Origin: Candidatus Aminicenantes bacterium RBG_16_66_30
Lineage (GTDB): Bacteria; Acidobacteriota; Aminicenantia; Aminicenantales; Saccharicenantaceae
DNA length: 41,459 bases
Reading direction: 5' to 3'
Assembly (NCBI GenBank): GCA_001775715.1
Contig: MEYC01000077.1
Span: forward strand, 1 to 41,459
The notes under the pieces were generated by a model. The model worked only from the letters and a program-made list of their open reading frames with translations. It was not told the origin of the DNA and did no database searches. The translations under genes and the position numbers were made by a program. Shown here one piece after another: positions 1 to 7,655 of the stretch (within the stretch, counting starts at the first letter, position 1; each line of letters starts with the position of its first letter).

Positions 1-1
1 G

Positions 2-78
2 TCCGGCGACGCGAAGGCCGCGCCCGTCAAGTGGACGGCCAAGCGGGACCCGAAGACGGCCGTTCCGATCGCCAAGTA
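2..78 (+). CDS. 3' end of an unidentified CDS entering from the left edge (partial)
   Basis: Frame 2 reads SGDAKAAPVKWTAKRDPKTAVPIAK followed by TAG at 76-78. Nearly every codon ends in G/C, matching the GC3 bias of the confident genes. It is too short to name. Confidence 0.35.
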
Positions 79-94
79 GGCGGGTTCACCGGCC

Positions 95-1420
95 TCAATC
101 GAGGGCGAAGGCCCTGGAGGATAGGGCCATCAGGGCGACCAGGCCGGCGTCGAGGTCGGCCAAGCGGTCGCATCCCGGCGGCGTCCTGTCCTTGATCCGG
201 CCCCGGAGCTTCTCGAGATAGGAGAAGCGGGCCGGAAAACCCCGCCGCGCCCGGCGGACGAAGGACCTCCGGAAATACTCCGGATGTTTCCCCACCGACT
301 CCCGGAACATCAGGGTCAATCCTGCCTCGATGGCGTCGCAGAGGGCCATCCGTCGCGGCGACGCCCCGCGCCGGGCCCGCTCCAGCACGGCGGCGAGGTA
401 GTTCTCGAGCCGGGCCGCCGTCGCCCCGAGGGCGTCGCGGCCCGCCCCCGCCGCGAAAAGCGTCCGGTGTCCGCGGCGCAAGTCCTCGGTGATGTCCTGA
501 AGGTCGTCGGCCAGCTGAAGGATCGTCCCGAACCCGAAGCAGAACTCCTGGTCGGCGGGCGCGAGGGACCCGGCCACGAGGAAGCCGTCGGCGAGGACCG
601 ATGTGCCGCCCTTTTCCAGGCTGATGGCCATGACCTCGTCCGGCGGCGCGGCGGCCCCCGGCCTCTGCTGGAGAAGGCTCTTCACCTGGGCGTTGGAGAT
701 CGCCAGGAGCGAACGGTAAACGTCGGGGAAGCCGCTCCGGGGGAAGCGGCGCTCCATGAGGTCGACGAGGGAGCGGAGCTTCTTCTCCGCCGGGGCCTCG
801 GCCGGCCGGTCCGATCCCTCGAGCCAATCCCTGAGCTTGGCGACCAGGTCGAGCTTGGCGGCCTCATCGGCCCGGTCGTCGTCGAGGACGTTGTCGAGGT
901 AGGGATAGACCATGCTGTAGGCGAAGACGGCCTCGGTGGGCTCGACGGCGAAGCCGAGGTCGAACTGGAGCGAGTTCATGATCCAGACGTTGCGGAGCGC
1001 CTGGTAAGCCGAGTCCAGCCGGAGCTCCGGATCGAAGTCGCGGGCGTCCCGGATGAAGAGGCGGGTCGATTCGACGAAGCTGGCGTCGTAGACCGCTTCG
1101 AGGGGCAGACCGATGAGCCCGAGGAGCTTCTTGAAGGCGGGCTTGAGGCCCGCGGCCATCTCTTCGAGGCGCGCGGGTTCGAGCGACCCGGCGAGAAAGG
1201 CGGCCCTTACCGGCTCGGAGGACAGCCGGCTGACCACGGCCGAGAGCTCCCGCTCGACGGCCTTCTTCTCCGCGCGGCGGAAGCTCTTTTCGAGCAGCCG
1301 CGGCCCGTCCGGGGCGTTCCGCCAGAGAGCTTCGTGGATGCGGACGAGCTCTTCGACGCGGCCGCCGAGAGGCCCGACTCCGGCCGAGAGGAAGGATCCG
1401 AGATCGGTCATCCCGCCCAT
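95..1420 (-). CDS. Class I isoprenoid-synthase-fold protein (terpene synthase / prenyl-diphosphate-utilising enzyme-like), specific product unknown
   Basis: 441-aa ORF with two Asp-rich motifs about 130 aa apart. The first is YLDNVLDDDRAD (DDxxD-type) and the second is LQLADDLQDITED (second DDxxD / NSE-DTE-like). This spacing is the hallmark of the class I isoprenoid synthase fold. It is the last gene of a co-directional ispH-polyprenyl synthase-PilZ string. An alternative start at 1411 (MTDLG...) lies 7 nt after a TATAAT. Confidence 0.65.
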   Translation of the reverse strand: MGGMTDLGSFLSAGVGPLGGRVEELVRIHEALWRNAPDGPRLLEKSFRRAEKKAVERELSAVVSRLSSEPVRAAFLAGSLEPARLEEMAAGLKPAFKKLLGLIGLPLEAVYDASFVESTRLFIRDARDFDPELRLDSAYQALRNVWIMNSLQFDLGFAVEPTEAVFAYSMVYPYLDNVLDDDRADEAAKLDLVAKLRDWLEGSDRPAEAPAEKKLRSLVDLMERRFPRSGFPDVYRSLLAISNAQVKSLLQQRPGAAAPPDEVMAISLEKGGTSVLADGFLVAGSLAPADQEFCFGFGTILQLADDLQDITEDLRRGHRTLFAAGAGRDALGATAARLENYLAAVLERARRGASPRRMALCDAIEAGLTLMFRESVGKHPEYFRRSFVRRARRGFPARFSYLEKLRGRIKDRTPPGCDRLADLDAGLVALMALSSRAFALD

Positions 1421-1521
1421 TATAAACCAAAGCCCGCTCGCCCGGGAACGAGATCCGTTGACAGCGCAGGAAAGACGGGGAGACGAGAACCGGGAGGCCC
1501 TGGAGAACGGCCCGGGCCCGA

Positions 1522-1899
1522 TCAGTTAGAGATGGCCGTGGGGATGCCGCCGTTCCGCTCGGCGTAGAGATGCTTGATCAGCGAGAGGAGCGTCTGGGAG
1601 ATGCTGTGCAGGAACTCGACGCCGCTCTCGAAAAGGTCGTCGTCCTCCTCGCTCTTCTTGGTCCACTTGACCTCGCCGTCGACCTTGATGGACTGGTGGG
1701 TCCTCTCGAGGTCGATGACGATGCGGACGACGCTGCCGACGGGGAAGTAGTGCGGCGTGCAGATCCTCGCCCCGGACAGGGAGAGGTCGTGAGTGTGGGC
1801 GTTGATGCCGTGGCCGTAGAGGATCTCGTTGTTCTCCGAGGTCGACTTGATGAATACGGTGTTCCGTTCCATGAACCGCTTGTCTTTGCGATTGTCCAT
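1522..1899 (-). CDS. PilZ domain protein (predicted c-di-GMP receptor)
   Basis: 125 aa. The RxxxR motif (KRFMER) is near the N-terminus and the D/NxSxxG motif (DLSLSGA) is about 30 aa later. GGGAGGA Shine-Dalgarno sequence upstream. Confidence 0.85.
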   Translation of the reverse strand: MDNRKDKRFMERNTVFIKSTSENNEILYGHGINAHTHDLSLSGARICTPHYFPVGSVVRIVIDLERTHQSIKVDGEVKWTKKSEEDDDLFESGVEFLHSISQTLLSLIKHLYAERNGGIPTAISN

Positions 1900-1940
1900 C
1901 GTCCGCGTCCTCCCACGAGGCTATGATGAATTCCGCGACG

Positions 1941-1969
1941 ATTTTCGCCCTGGAGGTGACCGCGGTCAA
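1941..1969 (-). promoter_or_regulatory. Candidate sigma70-type promoter for the PilZ gene (TTGACC-17-GAAAAT)
   Basis: On the minus strand, TTGACC lies at 1969-1964 and GAAAAT at 1946-1941 with a 17-nt spacer. The site sits inside the idsA-pilZ spacer and overlaps the inverted repeats there. Confidence 0.3.
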
Positions 1970-2024
1970 TCACCTCTAAGGGTGATTCGCGAGGTGATAT
2001 CTCACCCCTCGCGTCTGAGGGGCG

Positions 2025-3089
2025 TTAGCTCCGCCGGCTGAGCCCGTGGGCGAGGACGCTCAGCAGGGCCGCCCGGCGCCGTTCGTCGACGTCGAGCGAG
2101 CGGATCGAGGCCGCCGCGCGCCGCCCCAGGCCGGCCATTATCTGACGGACCTCTTCCCGGACCCCCAGGCGCTCGGCCAGGTCCCTGACGAAGAAGATGT
2201 CCGCGTCCGGGGCGTCCGGCCGGCCGAAGATCCCTCCGATCCGGACCCGGTCCGGGCCGGCCGCTCGCTCCATCAGCCGCACCGCGTAGAGGGTCTTCTT
2301 TCCCTGGCGGACGTCGGAGCCGACCGGCTTGCCGGTAGCCTTGGGGCTCCCGAAGAGGCCCAGCTCGTCGTCCTTGATCTGGAAGATCAGGCCGAGGTCC
2401 TCGCCGAGGCCGCGCAGGACGGGAAGAGCCGCCGCGCGCCCGCCTCCCAGGATCCAGCCTAGGGCGATGGGCAGGGAGAAGGAATAGCGGGCGGTCTTGA
2501 CCCGGTAGGTGTCGAGGATGTCCCGCTCCGAAGGGGTGCGCCGGGAGCTTCCGGCCTCGACGTCGCGCATCTGGCCGAGGCCGACCAGCCCGAACTCGGC
2601 GGCGAAAAGCCTTTGCGCGGCCGCGGCCCGTTCCGCGGGGCCGGGCAGGCCGGCCATGGCTTCGAAAGCGAGGAAGATGGCGATATCCCCGGCGCAGATG
2701 GCCAGGCTCATCCCGTAATGGGCCGCGGCCGGACCGCCGGGCTCCTCGGCCAGCCGGGCGTATTGCTCGTGGATGGACGGCGCGCCGCGCCGCCGGGCGT
2801 CCCGGTCCATGATGTCGTCGTGGATGAGCAGGCCCGATTGGATGAGCTCCATGGCCGTGCCGGCCCGGACCGCCGAGGGGGCGACCCTGCCGGAGGCCAT
2901 CTCGCAGCCGAGCGCGACGAGCCCGCCGCGGATCATCTTGCCCTTCCGGGTGAACGTCGCCAGGCGGCGGATGACATCGCGGCCCCAGGGCCTGAGAGGG
3001 GCGAGGTCCTTCCGCTTGGCGGCCAGGAACCGGTCGAGGTCCTCGAGGAGCCGGCGACGCGTCCGTCCGAAATAGGCGGTGTAGGTCAC
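2025..3089 (-). CDS. Polyprenyl diphosphate synthase (trans-IPPS; FPP/GGPP synthase family)
   Basis: The first Asp-rich motif LLIHDDIMDRDARRRG and second Asp-rich motif FQIKDDELG are both present. GTG start at 3089 (VTYTAYFG...) with GGAAGGA upstream. The GTG overlaps the ispH stop as GTGA. The upstream 88 aa of the 442-aa track ORF are Pro/Arg/Gly junk. Confidence 0.9.
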   Translation of the reverse strand: MTYTAYFGRTRRRLLEDLDRFLAAKRKDLAPLRPWGRDVIRRLATFTRKGKMIRGGLVALGCEMASGRVAPSAVRAGTAMELIQSGLLIHDDIMDRDARRRGAPSIHEQYARLAEEPGGPAAAHYGMSLAICAGDIAIFLAFEAMAGLPGPAERAAAAQRLFAAEFGLVGLGQMRDVEAGSSRRTPSERDILDTYRVKTARYSFSLPIALGWILGGGRAAALPVLRGLGEDLGLIFQIKDDELGLFGSPKATGKPVGSDVRQGKKTLYAVRLMERAAGPDRVRIGGIFGRPDAPDADIFFVRDLAERLGVREEVRQIMAGLGRRAAASIRSLDVDERRRAALLSVLAHGLSRRS

Positions 3090-3960
3090 GAGGCCCCGTC
3101 CTTCCGGGCCGGGGCCCGGTCCCGGGCCTCGAGCCGCCGGACGACCTCGACGATAAGCTCCATCGGCGTCGAGGCGCCCGAGGCGATGAAGACCGTCGCG
3201 TCGGAAGGGATGGCCAGGGCGTCGACGCTCTCCGGCCTGTCGATGAGATGGGCCCGCGGGTTGATGGCCCGGGCGATATGGAACAGGTGCCGCGGTTGGC
3301 GCTGTGGCGGGAGCCGATGACGATGACATCGTCAGCCTTGCGGGTATGGGCATCGACCTCGCGCTGGCGGGTCTTCGTCGGCTGGCAGATCGTGTCGTGG
3401 AAGACGACGTCCGGGACGAGGGCCCGGACCCGCTCGACGATGCGCCGGGCCTCCTCTTCGATGAAGGTCGATTGGGCGACGATCCCGGCCCGGGAGACGC
3501 CGGCGAAGAGCTCCGGCGTCACCTCCTCCGGCGTCTTGACGACGATGGCCCGGGCGACCTGGCCGACGATGCCCCGGACCTCCTCGTGGCCGACCTGGCC
3601 GATGACCACGGGCGTGCGGCCCTCGGCCTCGACCTCGCGGATGCGGTCATGGATGATCCTGACCATGGGACAGGTCGCGTCGACGCACTCGAGCCCGCGG
3701 CGCTCGAGCTCGCGGTAGCGGTCCCGGGCCGAGCCGTGGCTCTGGAGGATGACGACGCCGCCCGGAGGCACCTCGTCGAGGGTCTGGACGATGCGCAGGC
3801 CCTCGGCCTTGAGGGCCTCGACGACGTGCTCGTTGTGGACGATCTCGCCGAGCATGTAGTAGGTCCGGTCGGGGCGGTCGGCCAGGAGGCGGTTCGTCAT
3901 CTCGAGCGTCTTACGGACGCCGAAGCAATAGCTGAGAGTCTCCGAGAGGACGATCTTCAT
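3086..3960 (-). pseudogene. ispH: 4-hydroxy-3-methylbut-2-enyl diphosphate reductase IspH/LytB, reading frame broken by an apparent 1-nt deletion near 3293-3295
   Basis: The N-terminal part, MKIVLSETLSYCFGV...ATCPMV...DTICQPT...VIVIGSRHSAN, carries the three conserved Cys contexts. After AAC (3297-3295) the homologous sequence continues in another frame: RHLFHIARAINPRAHLIDRPESVDALAIPSDATVFIASGASTPMELIVEVVRRLEARDRAPARKDGAS, then TGA at 3088-3086. The span is 875 nt, which is 3n-1. This could be a true frameshift or a sequence/assembly error. Confidence 0.85.
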
Positions 3961-3978
3961 GGCTCGCGTCCGCATGGC

Positions 3979-4007
3979 ATTTTATGCGCAGGTCGAACAC
4001 CTGTCAA
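3979..4007 (-). promoter_or_regulatory. Near-consensus sigma70-type promoter for the ispH operon (TTGACA-17-TAAAAT)
   Basis: On the minus strand, TTGACA lies at 4007-4002 and TAAAAT at 3984-3979 with a 17-nt spacer. The -10 element ends 3 nt before the ATG at 3975. This favours the ATG at 3960 (MKIVL..., the typical IspH N-terminus) as the real start. Confidence 0.5.
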
Positions 4008-4013
4008 CGACGA

Positions 4014-4043
4014 TTGACGGGGAGGGGCCGCCGGGGCTATCAT
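4014..4043 (+). promoter_or_regulatory. Candidate promoter for the CocE/NonD hydrolase gene (TTGACG-18-TATCAT)
   Basis: TTGACG at 4014-4019 and TATCAT at 4038-4043. It is divergent and back-to-back with the ispH promoter. An AAGGAG Shine-Dalgarno sequence at 4062-4067 precedes the ATG at 4074. Confidence 0.4.
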
Positions 4044-4073
4044 CGTCAGCCGCCGATAGGAAAGGAGCCCACG

Positions 4074-5948
4074 ATGCGCATTCCCCCGAGAAAGAACACG
4101 GTCCTCCCGGCGATCCTGCTCCTGATCCTGGCGATCGCGGCGGGAGGGCGGGCGGTGTCCTCCGGTCAGGCATCCGCCCCGGTACCTGAGTTCACCATGA
4201 GCGAGGCCATGGTCCCGATGCGGGACGGGGCGAAGCTCCATACGGTCGTCTTCGCTCCGAAGACGGCCGGGGCGCCGCTGCCCTTCCTGTTCGTCAGGAC
4301 GCCCTATGGGGCCCCCGGGTCGGCCCGGCCGCTCACCGGGGACGCCTACCGCGAGCTCGCGGCCGAGGGCTACATCTTCGTCTTCCAGGACATCCGCGGC
4401 CGCTACAAGTCTGAGGGTCAGTTCGTCATGATGCGGCCGCCTCGCGACCGTCGCGACGCCAAGGCCGTCGACGAGAGCACGGATGCTTACGACACGGTCG
4501 CCTGGCTCCTCGCCAACGTCCCGGGCCACAACGGGCGGGTCGGGCTCAAGGGCATCTCGTACGACGGCTGGCTTACGGCCATGGCCATGATCGATCCGCA
4601 CCCGGCGGTCAGGGCCGTCTCGCCTCAGGCCCCGCCGGCGGACATGTACCTCGGCGACGACTTCCATCACAACGGCGCCTTCCGCCTCAGCTACGGCTTC
4701 GAATACGCGACGAGGATGGAAACGACAAAGGAGCAGACGAACTTCCGCTTCGACCGCTACGACACCTACGAGTGGTACCTTCGGCTCGGGCCGCTCGCGG
4801 CCGCGAACGAGGTCCACCTGCTCGGCCGGATCCCGACGTGGAACGACTTCGTGGCCCACCCGAACTACGACGCTTTCTGGCAAAGACAGGCCATGGCCCC
4901 TTATCTGACGCGGGTGACGGTGCCGACGCTGACCGTGGGAGGCTGGTGGGACCAGGAGGACCTGTACGGTCCGCAGAAGCTCTATGAGACGCTCGAACCG
5001 CTCGACGCCCGCGAGGTCAGCTTCTTCGTCGCGGGACCCTGGAACCACGGAGGGTGGGCCCGAAGCGACGGCAGCTCCCTCGGCCGGATCAAGTTCGGCG
5101 CCAACGCCTCCAGGTATTACCGGGAGAGGATCGAAGCGCCGTTCTTCGCCTATTTTCTCAAGGACAAGGCCGGCTGGGATGTCCCCGAAGCGATCACTTT
5201 CCAGACGGGCGCCAATGCCTGGCAGGTCTATGACGAGTGGCCGCCGCGCCGCCTGACCGAGGACCGCGGCTTATACTTCCGGGAGGACGGGCGGCTGGCG
5301 TTCGAAGCCCCGGCTGCCGGCGACGAAGGCGCCTTCGACAGCTACGTCTCCGACCCCGCGCGCCCGGTGCCTTACAGGCCGCGCCCGATCGAGGCGACCT
5401 ACGACTCTCGCGGCTCGGGCTGGGGGACCTGGCTCGTCGGCGACCAGCGCTTCGCCCACCTCCGTCCCGACGTCCTGAGCTGGGAGACGGAACCGCTCGC
5501 CGAGGACGTCACCGTGACCGGCCGCATCGTCGCCCGCCTGTTCGCGTCGACGTCCGGCACCGACGGCGATTGGATCGTCAAGCTCATCGACGTCTATCCC
5601 GAGGACTATCCGGCCGATCCGTCGATGGGGGGCTACCAGCTGATGATCGCGAGCGAGGTCTTCCGCGGCCGGTTCCGGTCGAGCTTCGAGAAGCCCGAGG
5701 CCCTCGTCCCCGGCAAGGTCACCGAATTCCCGATCGACCTCCACGCCGCCGACCACCGCTTTCTCAAGGGGCACAAGATCATGGTCCAGGTCCAGAGCAC
5801 ATGGTTCCCGCTGATCGACAGGAATCCTCAGACCTTCGTCGAGAACATCTTCCTGGCCAAGGCCTCGGATTACCGGGCGGCCACCCAGCGCGTGTACCGC
5901 TCCCGGGCACACCCTTCGCGCCTCATCCTGCCGATCCGCGTCCGGTAG
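4074..5948 (+). CDS. Exported CocE/NonD-family serine hydrolase (X-Pro dipeptidyl-peptidase S15-like)
   Basis: Start at MRIPPRKNTVLPAILLLILAIAAGG (signal-peptide-like) behind AAGGAG. Contains the FVRTPYG motif and the GISYDGW nucleophile elbow (GxSxxG). The C-terminal beta-sandwich region is typical of the family (WFP...NPQTF). Confidence 0.85.
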   Translation: MRIPPRKNTVLPAILLLILAIAAGGRAVSSGQASAPVPEFTMSEAMVPMRDGAKLHTVVFAPKTAGAPLPFLFVRTPYGAPGSARPLTGDAYRELAAEGYIFVFQDIRGRYKSEGQFVMMRPPRDRRDAKAVDESTDAYDTVAWLLANVPGHNGRVGLKGISYDGWLTAMAMIDPHPAVRAVSPQAPPADMYLGDDFHHNGAFRLSYGFEYATRMETTKEQTNFRFDRYDTYEWYLRLGPLAAANEVHLLGRIPTWNDFVAHPNYDAFWQRQAMAPYLTRVTVPTLTVGGWWDQEDLYGPQKLYETLEPLDAREVSFFVAGPWNHGGWARSDGSSLGRIKFGANASRYYRERIEAPFFAYFLKDKAGWDVPEAITFQTGANAWQVYDEWPPRRLTEDRGLYFREDGRLAFEAPAAGDEGAFDSYVSDPARPVPYRPRPIEATYDSRGSGWGTWLVGDQRFAHLRPDVLSWETEPLAEDVTVTGRIVARLFASTSGTDGDWIVKLIDVYPEDYPADPSMGGYQLMIASEVFRGRFRSSFEKPEALVPGKVTEFPIDLHAADHRFLKGHKIMVQVQSTWFPLIDRNPQTFVENIFLAKASDYRAATQRVYRSRAHPSRLILPIRVR

Positions 5949-6945
5949 CTTTCTTGACCTTCTCTTGAAAGTAGGCCAAGCCGTCCGCGATCGTCCTGTC
6001 GGCGTCGATATAGGCGTGGTCGAATTCGCGGCGGCTCTTGGCGTTGTCGTAGTAGGCCGTCCAGCCGCTCAGACGGCCATAGGCCGCGGTGAGGAGGGGC
6101 GGCCTGCCGGTCCGCCGGCTGCGCCATTCGAGGAAGCGGCCGGCCGCGGCGAGCAGGGGCGCGGGGATGGGGAACGGAAAAGCCCTGCGGCCGCCCGCCC
6201 GGGCGATGCGCCGGACGACGTCGCGATAAGCCAGGTTGGCCCCGACGACGAGGTAGCTCTCGCCGTCGCGGCCCCGCCCCTCGACCGCCTTAAGGATGAC
6301 GGCGACGAGATCGCGGACGTCGACGATGGCCAGGCCGCCCGAGAAGGAGCCGATCTGGGTCCGGCCCGCGATCCTCCGGTAGAGCGCGTTGTGCGGCGTC
6401 GCCGGATCGCGGTCGCCCGGTCCCATGATCGAAGCGGGGTTGAGGATCACGGCCCTCAGGCCGCGCTCCCGGACCGCCCGTTCGACGATGTCCTGGCCGC
6501 GGCGCTTGGAGACCATATAAGGGATGTCCTCCGGCCAGTTGAAGGGAACCGTTTCGTCCGCGGGCGAGCCGTCCGCGCGGAAACCAACCGCGCCGACCGA
6601 CGACACGTGGACGAGACGCTCGACGTCCGCCGCGACGCAGGCCTCGACGACCGCCCGGACGCCGGCCTCGTTGACCCGCCGGAGCCGCTCCCCGTCGCCC
6701 TTCCAGTAGGAGATGAGGCCGGCCAGATGGACGACGACGCGGTGGCCGGCGACGGCCGCGCGCACGGCCGCGCCGTCGGCGATATCGCCGGCGAACGTCC
6801 GCACGCCGGCGTCCCGCCAGCTTTCCGGGATGGCCTCGCCGGGGAGGACGAAGGCGTCGACCGCGCCGGCGCCGTGGCGCCCGACGAGCTCGGGCATGAG
6901 GACTGCGCCGACGAACCCGGTCGCCCCGGTGACGAGGACCGTCAT
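5923..6945 (-). CDS. NAD(P)-dependent epimerase/dehydratase-family SDR (3-beta-HSD / DFR-like), copy C
   Basis: VLVTGATGFVG Rossmann motif and YMVSK (YxxxK). The start ATG overlaps the upstream CPBP stop as ATGA. The 3' end overlaps the convergent hydrolase gene by 26 nt. Confidence 0.85.
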   Translation of the reverse strand: MTVLVTGATGFVGAVLMPELVGRHGAGAVDAFVLPGEAIPESWRDAGVRTFAGDIADGAAVRAAVAGHRVVVHLAGLISYWKGDGERLRRVNEAGVRAVVEACVAADVERLVHVSSVGAVGFRADGSPADETVPFNWPEDIPYMVSKRRGQDIVERAVRERGLRAVILNPASIMGPGDRDPATPHNALYRRIAGRTQIGSFSGGLAIVDVRDLVAVILKAVEGRGRDGESYLVVGANLAYRDVVRRIARAGGRRAFPFPIPAPLLAAAGRFLEWRSRRTGRPPLLTAAYGRLSGWTAYYDNAKSRREFDHAYIDADRTIADGLAYFQEKVKKATGRGSAG

Positions 6946-7655
6946 CCGCGCTCCCTATGGCGGCTGAGGAACAGGAACGTGTCGGTGGAGATCCCGGTCG
7001 CCGCGTGGAGGACGAGCGTGTAGAAGAAGGATCCCGTGAAGTAGGCGATGAGCCCGTAGACCAGGCCGCCGACGATCGCCGCGAGGACCTCGCTGCCGGG
7101 GTGGCCGATGTGGAGGAGCGTCGAGGCCGTCACCTGGACGGCCAGGGCCGGCACGAGCCCGATCGCCGGGATGAGGGGCAGGAAGAGGACGCCGCGGAAG
7201 ACGAACTCCCAGGGCAGGTAATAAAGCAGGACATAGGAGATCTCATACCCGGCGAACGCCTGGGCGTCGGTGAAGGCGGCCTTGGCCAAGGGATAGAATT
7301 TCCGGAGGCCCTCGTCGCGCGAGCCGACGAACCCGGCCAGGACGGCCAGGGGCAGGCCGGCGAGCGTGATGGTCAGCCCCAGTCCCGCCCGGCCGAATGT
7401 CCAGCCGATCGCTTCAAGCGTCTCCCCGGGCCGGGGCGAGGCGAGGATCGCGAGGCCGCAGGGAAGGGCGAGGAGCAGGACGAAGAAGGCCACGAAATAG
7501 CGCCGCACGGCGGCCCGCTCCTCGTCCGGCTTTTCGCGGGACCTGCGGAAATGGAAGACCGAGGCGACGAGGATCAGGCCGACGAGAAGCGCCAGGGCGA
7601 TGAGGGCCACGGCCAGGCCGCCCGGCCCGCCCGCCCGCTCAAGCCATCCGGCCAT
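6942..7655 (-). CDS. CPBP-family intramembrane glutamic endopeptidase (CAAX protease/Abi-like)
   Basis: Polytopic membrane protein starting at MAGWLERAG (ATG at 7655). Conserved WEFVFRG (ExxxR) motif followed by HIGH and HAATG His motifs. The N-terminal 75 aa of the track ORF are Ser/Arg/Pro junk. Confidence 0.8.
   Translation of the reverse strand: MAGWLERAGGPGGLAVALIALALLVGLILVASVFHFRRSREKPDEERAAVRRYFVAFFVLLLALPCGLAILASPRPGETLEAIGWTFGRAGLGLTITLAGLPLAVLAGFVGSRDEGLRKFYPLAKAAFTDAQAFAGYEISYVLLYYLPWEFVFRGVLFLPLIPAIGLVPALAVQVTASTLLHIGHPGSEVLAAIVGGLVYGLIAYFTGSFFYTLVLHAATGISTDTFLFLSRHRERG

Noticed and set aside
1900-2024. c-di-GMP riboswitch (GEMM-I/II) upstream of the PilZ gene
   Set aside because: The conserved GEMM sequence blocks are not recognisable. 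The repeats are kept only as a generic attenuator or operator candidate.
2002-3975. 657-aa ORF suggesting one giant IspH-fusion protein
   Set aside because: Only the first 230 aa or so are IspH. After the frameshift near 3294 the frame simply stays open, giving Pro/Arg/Gly-rich nonsense across the polyprenyl synthase gene. That gene is read correctly in another frame (2025-3089).
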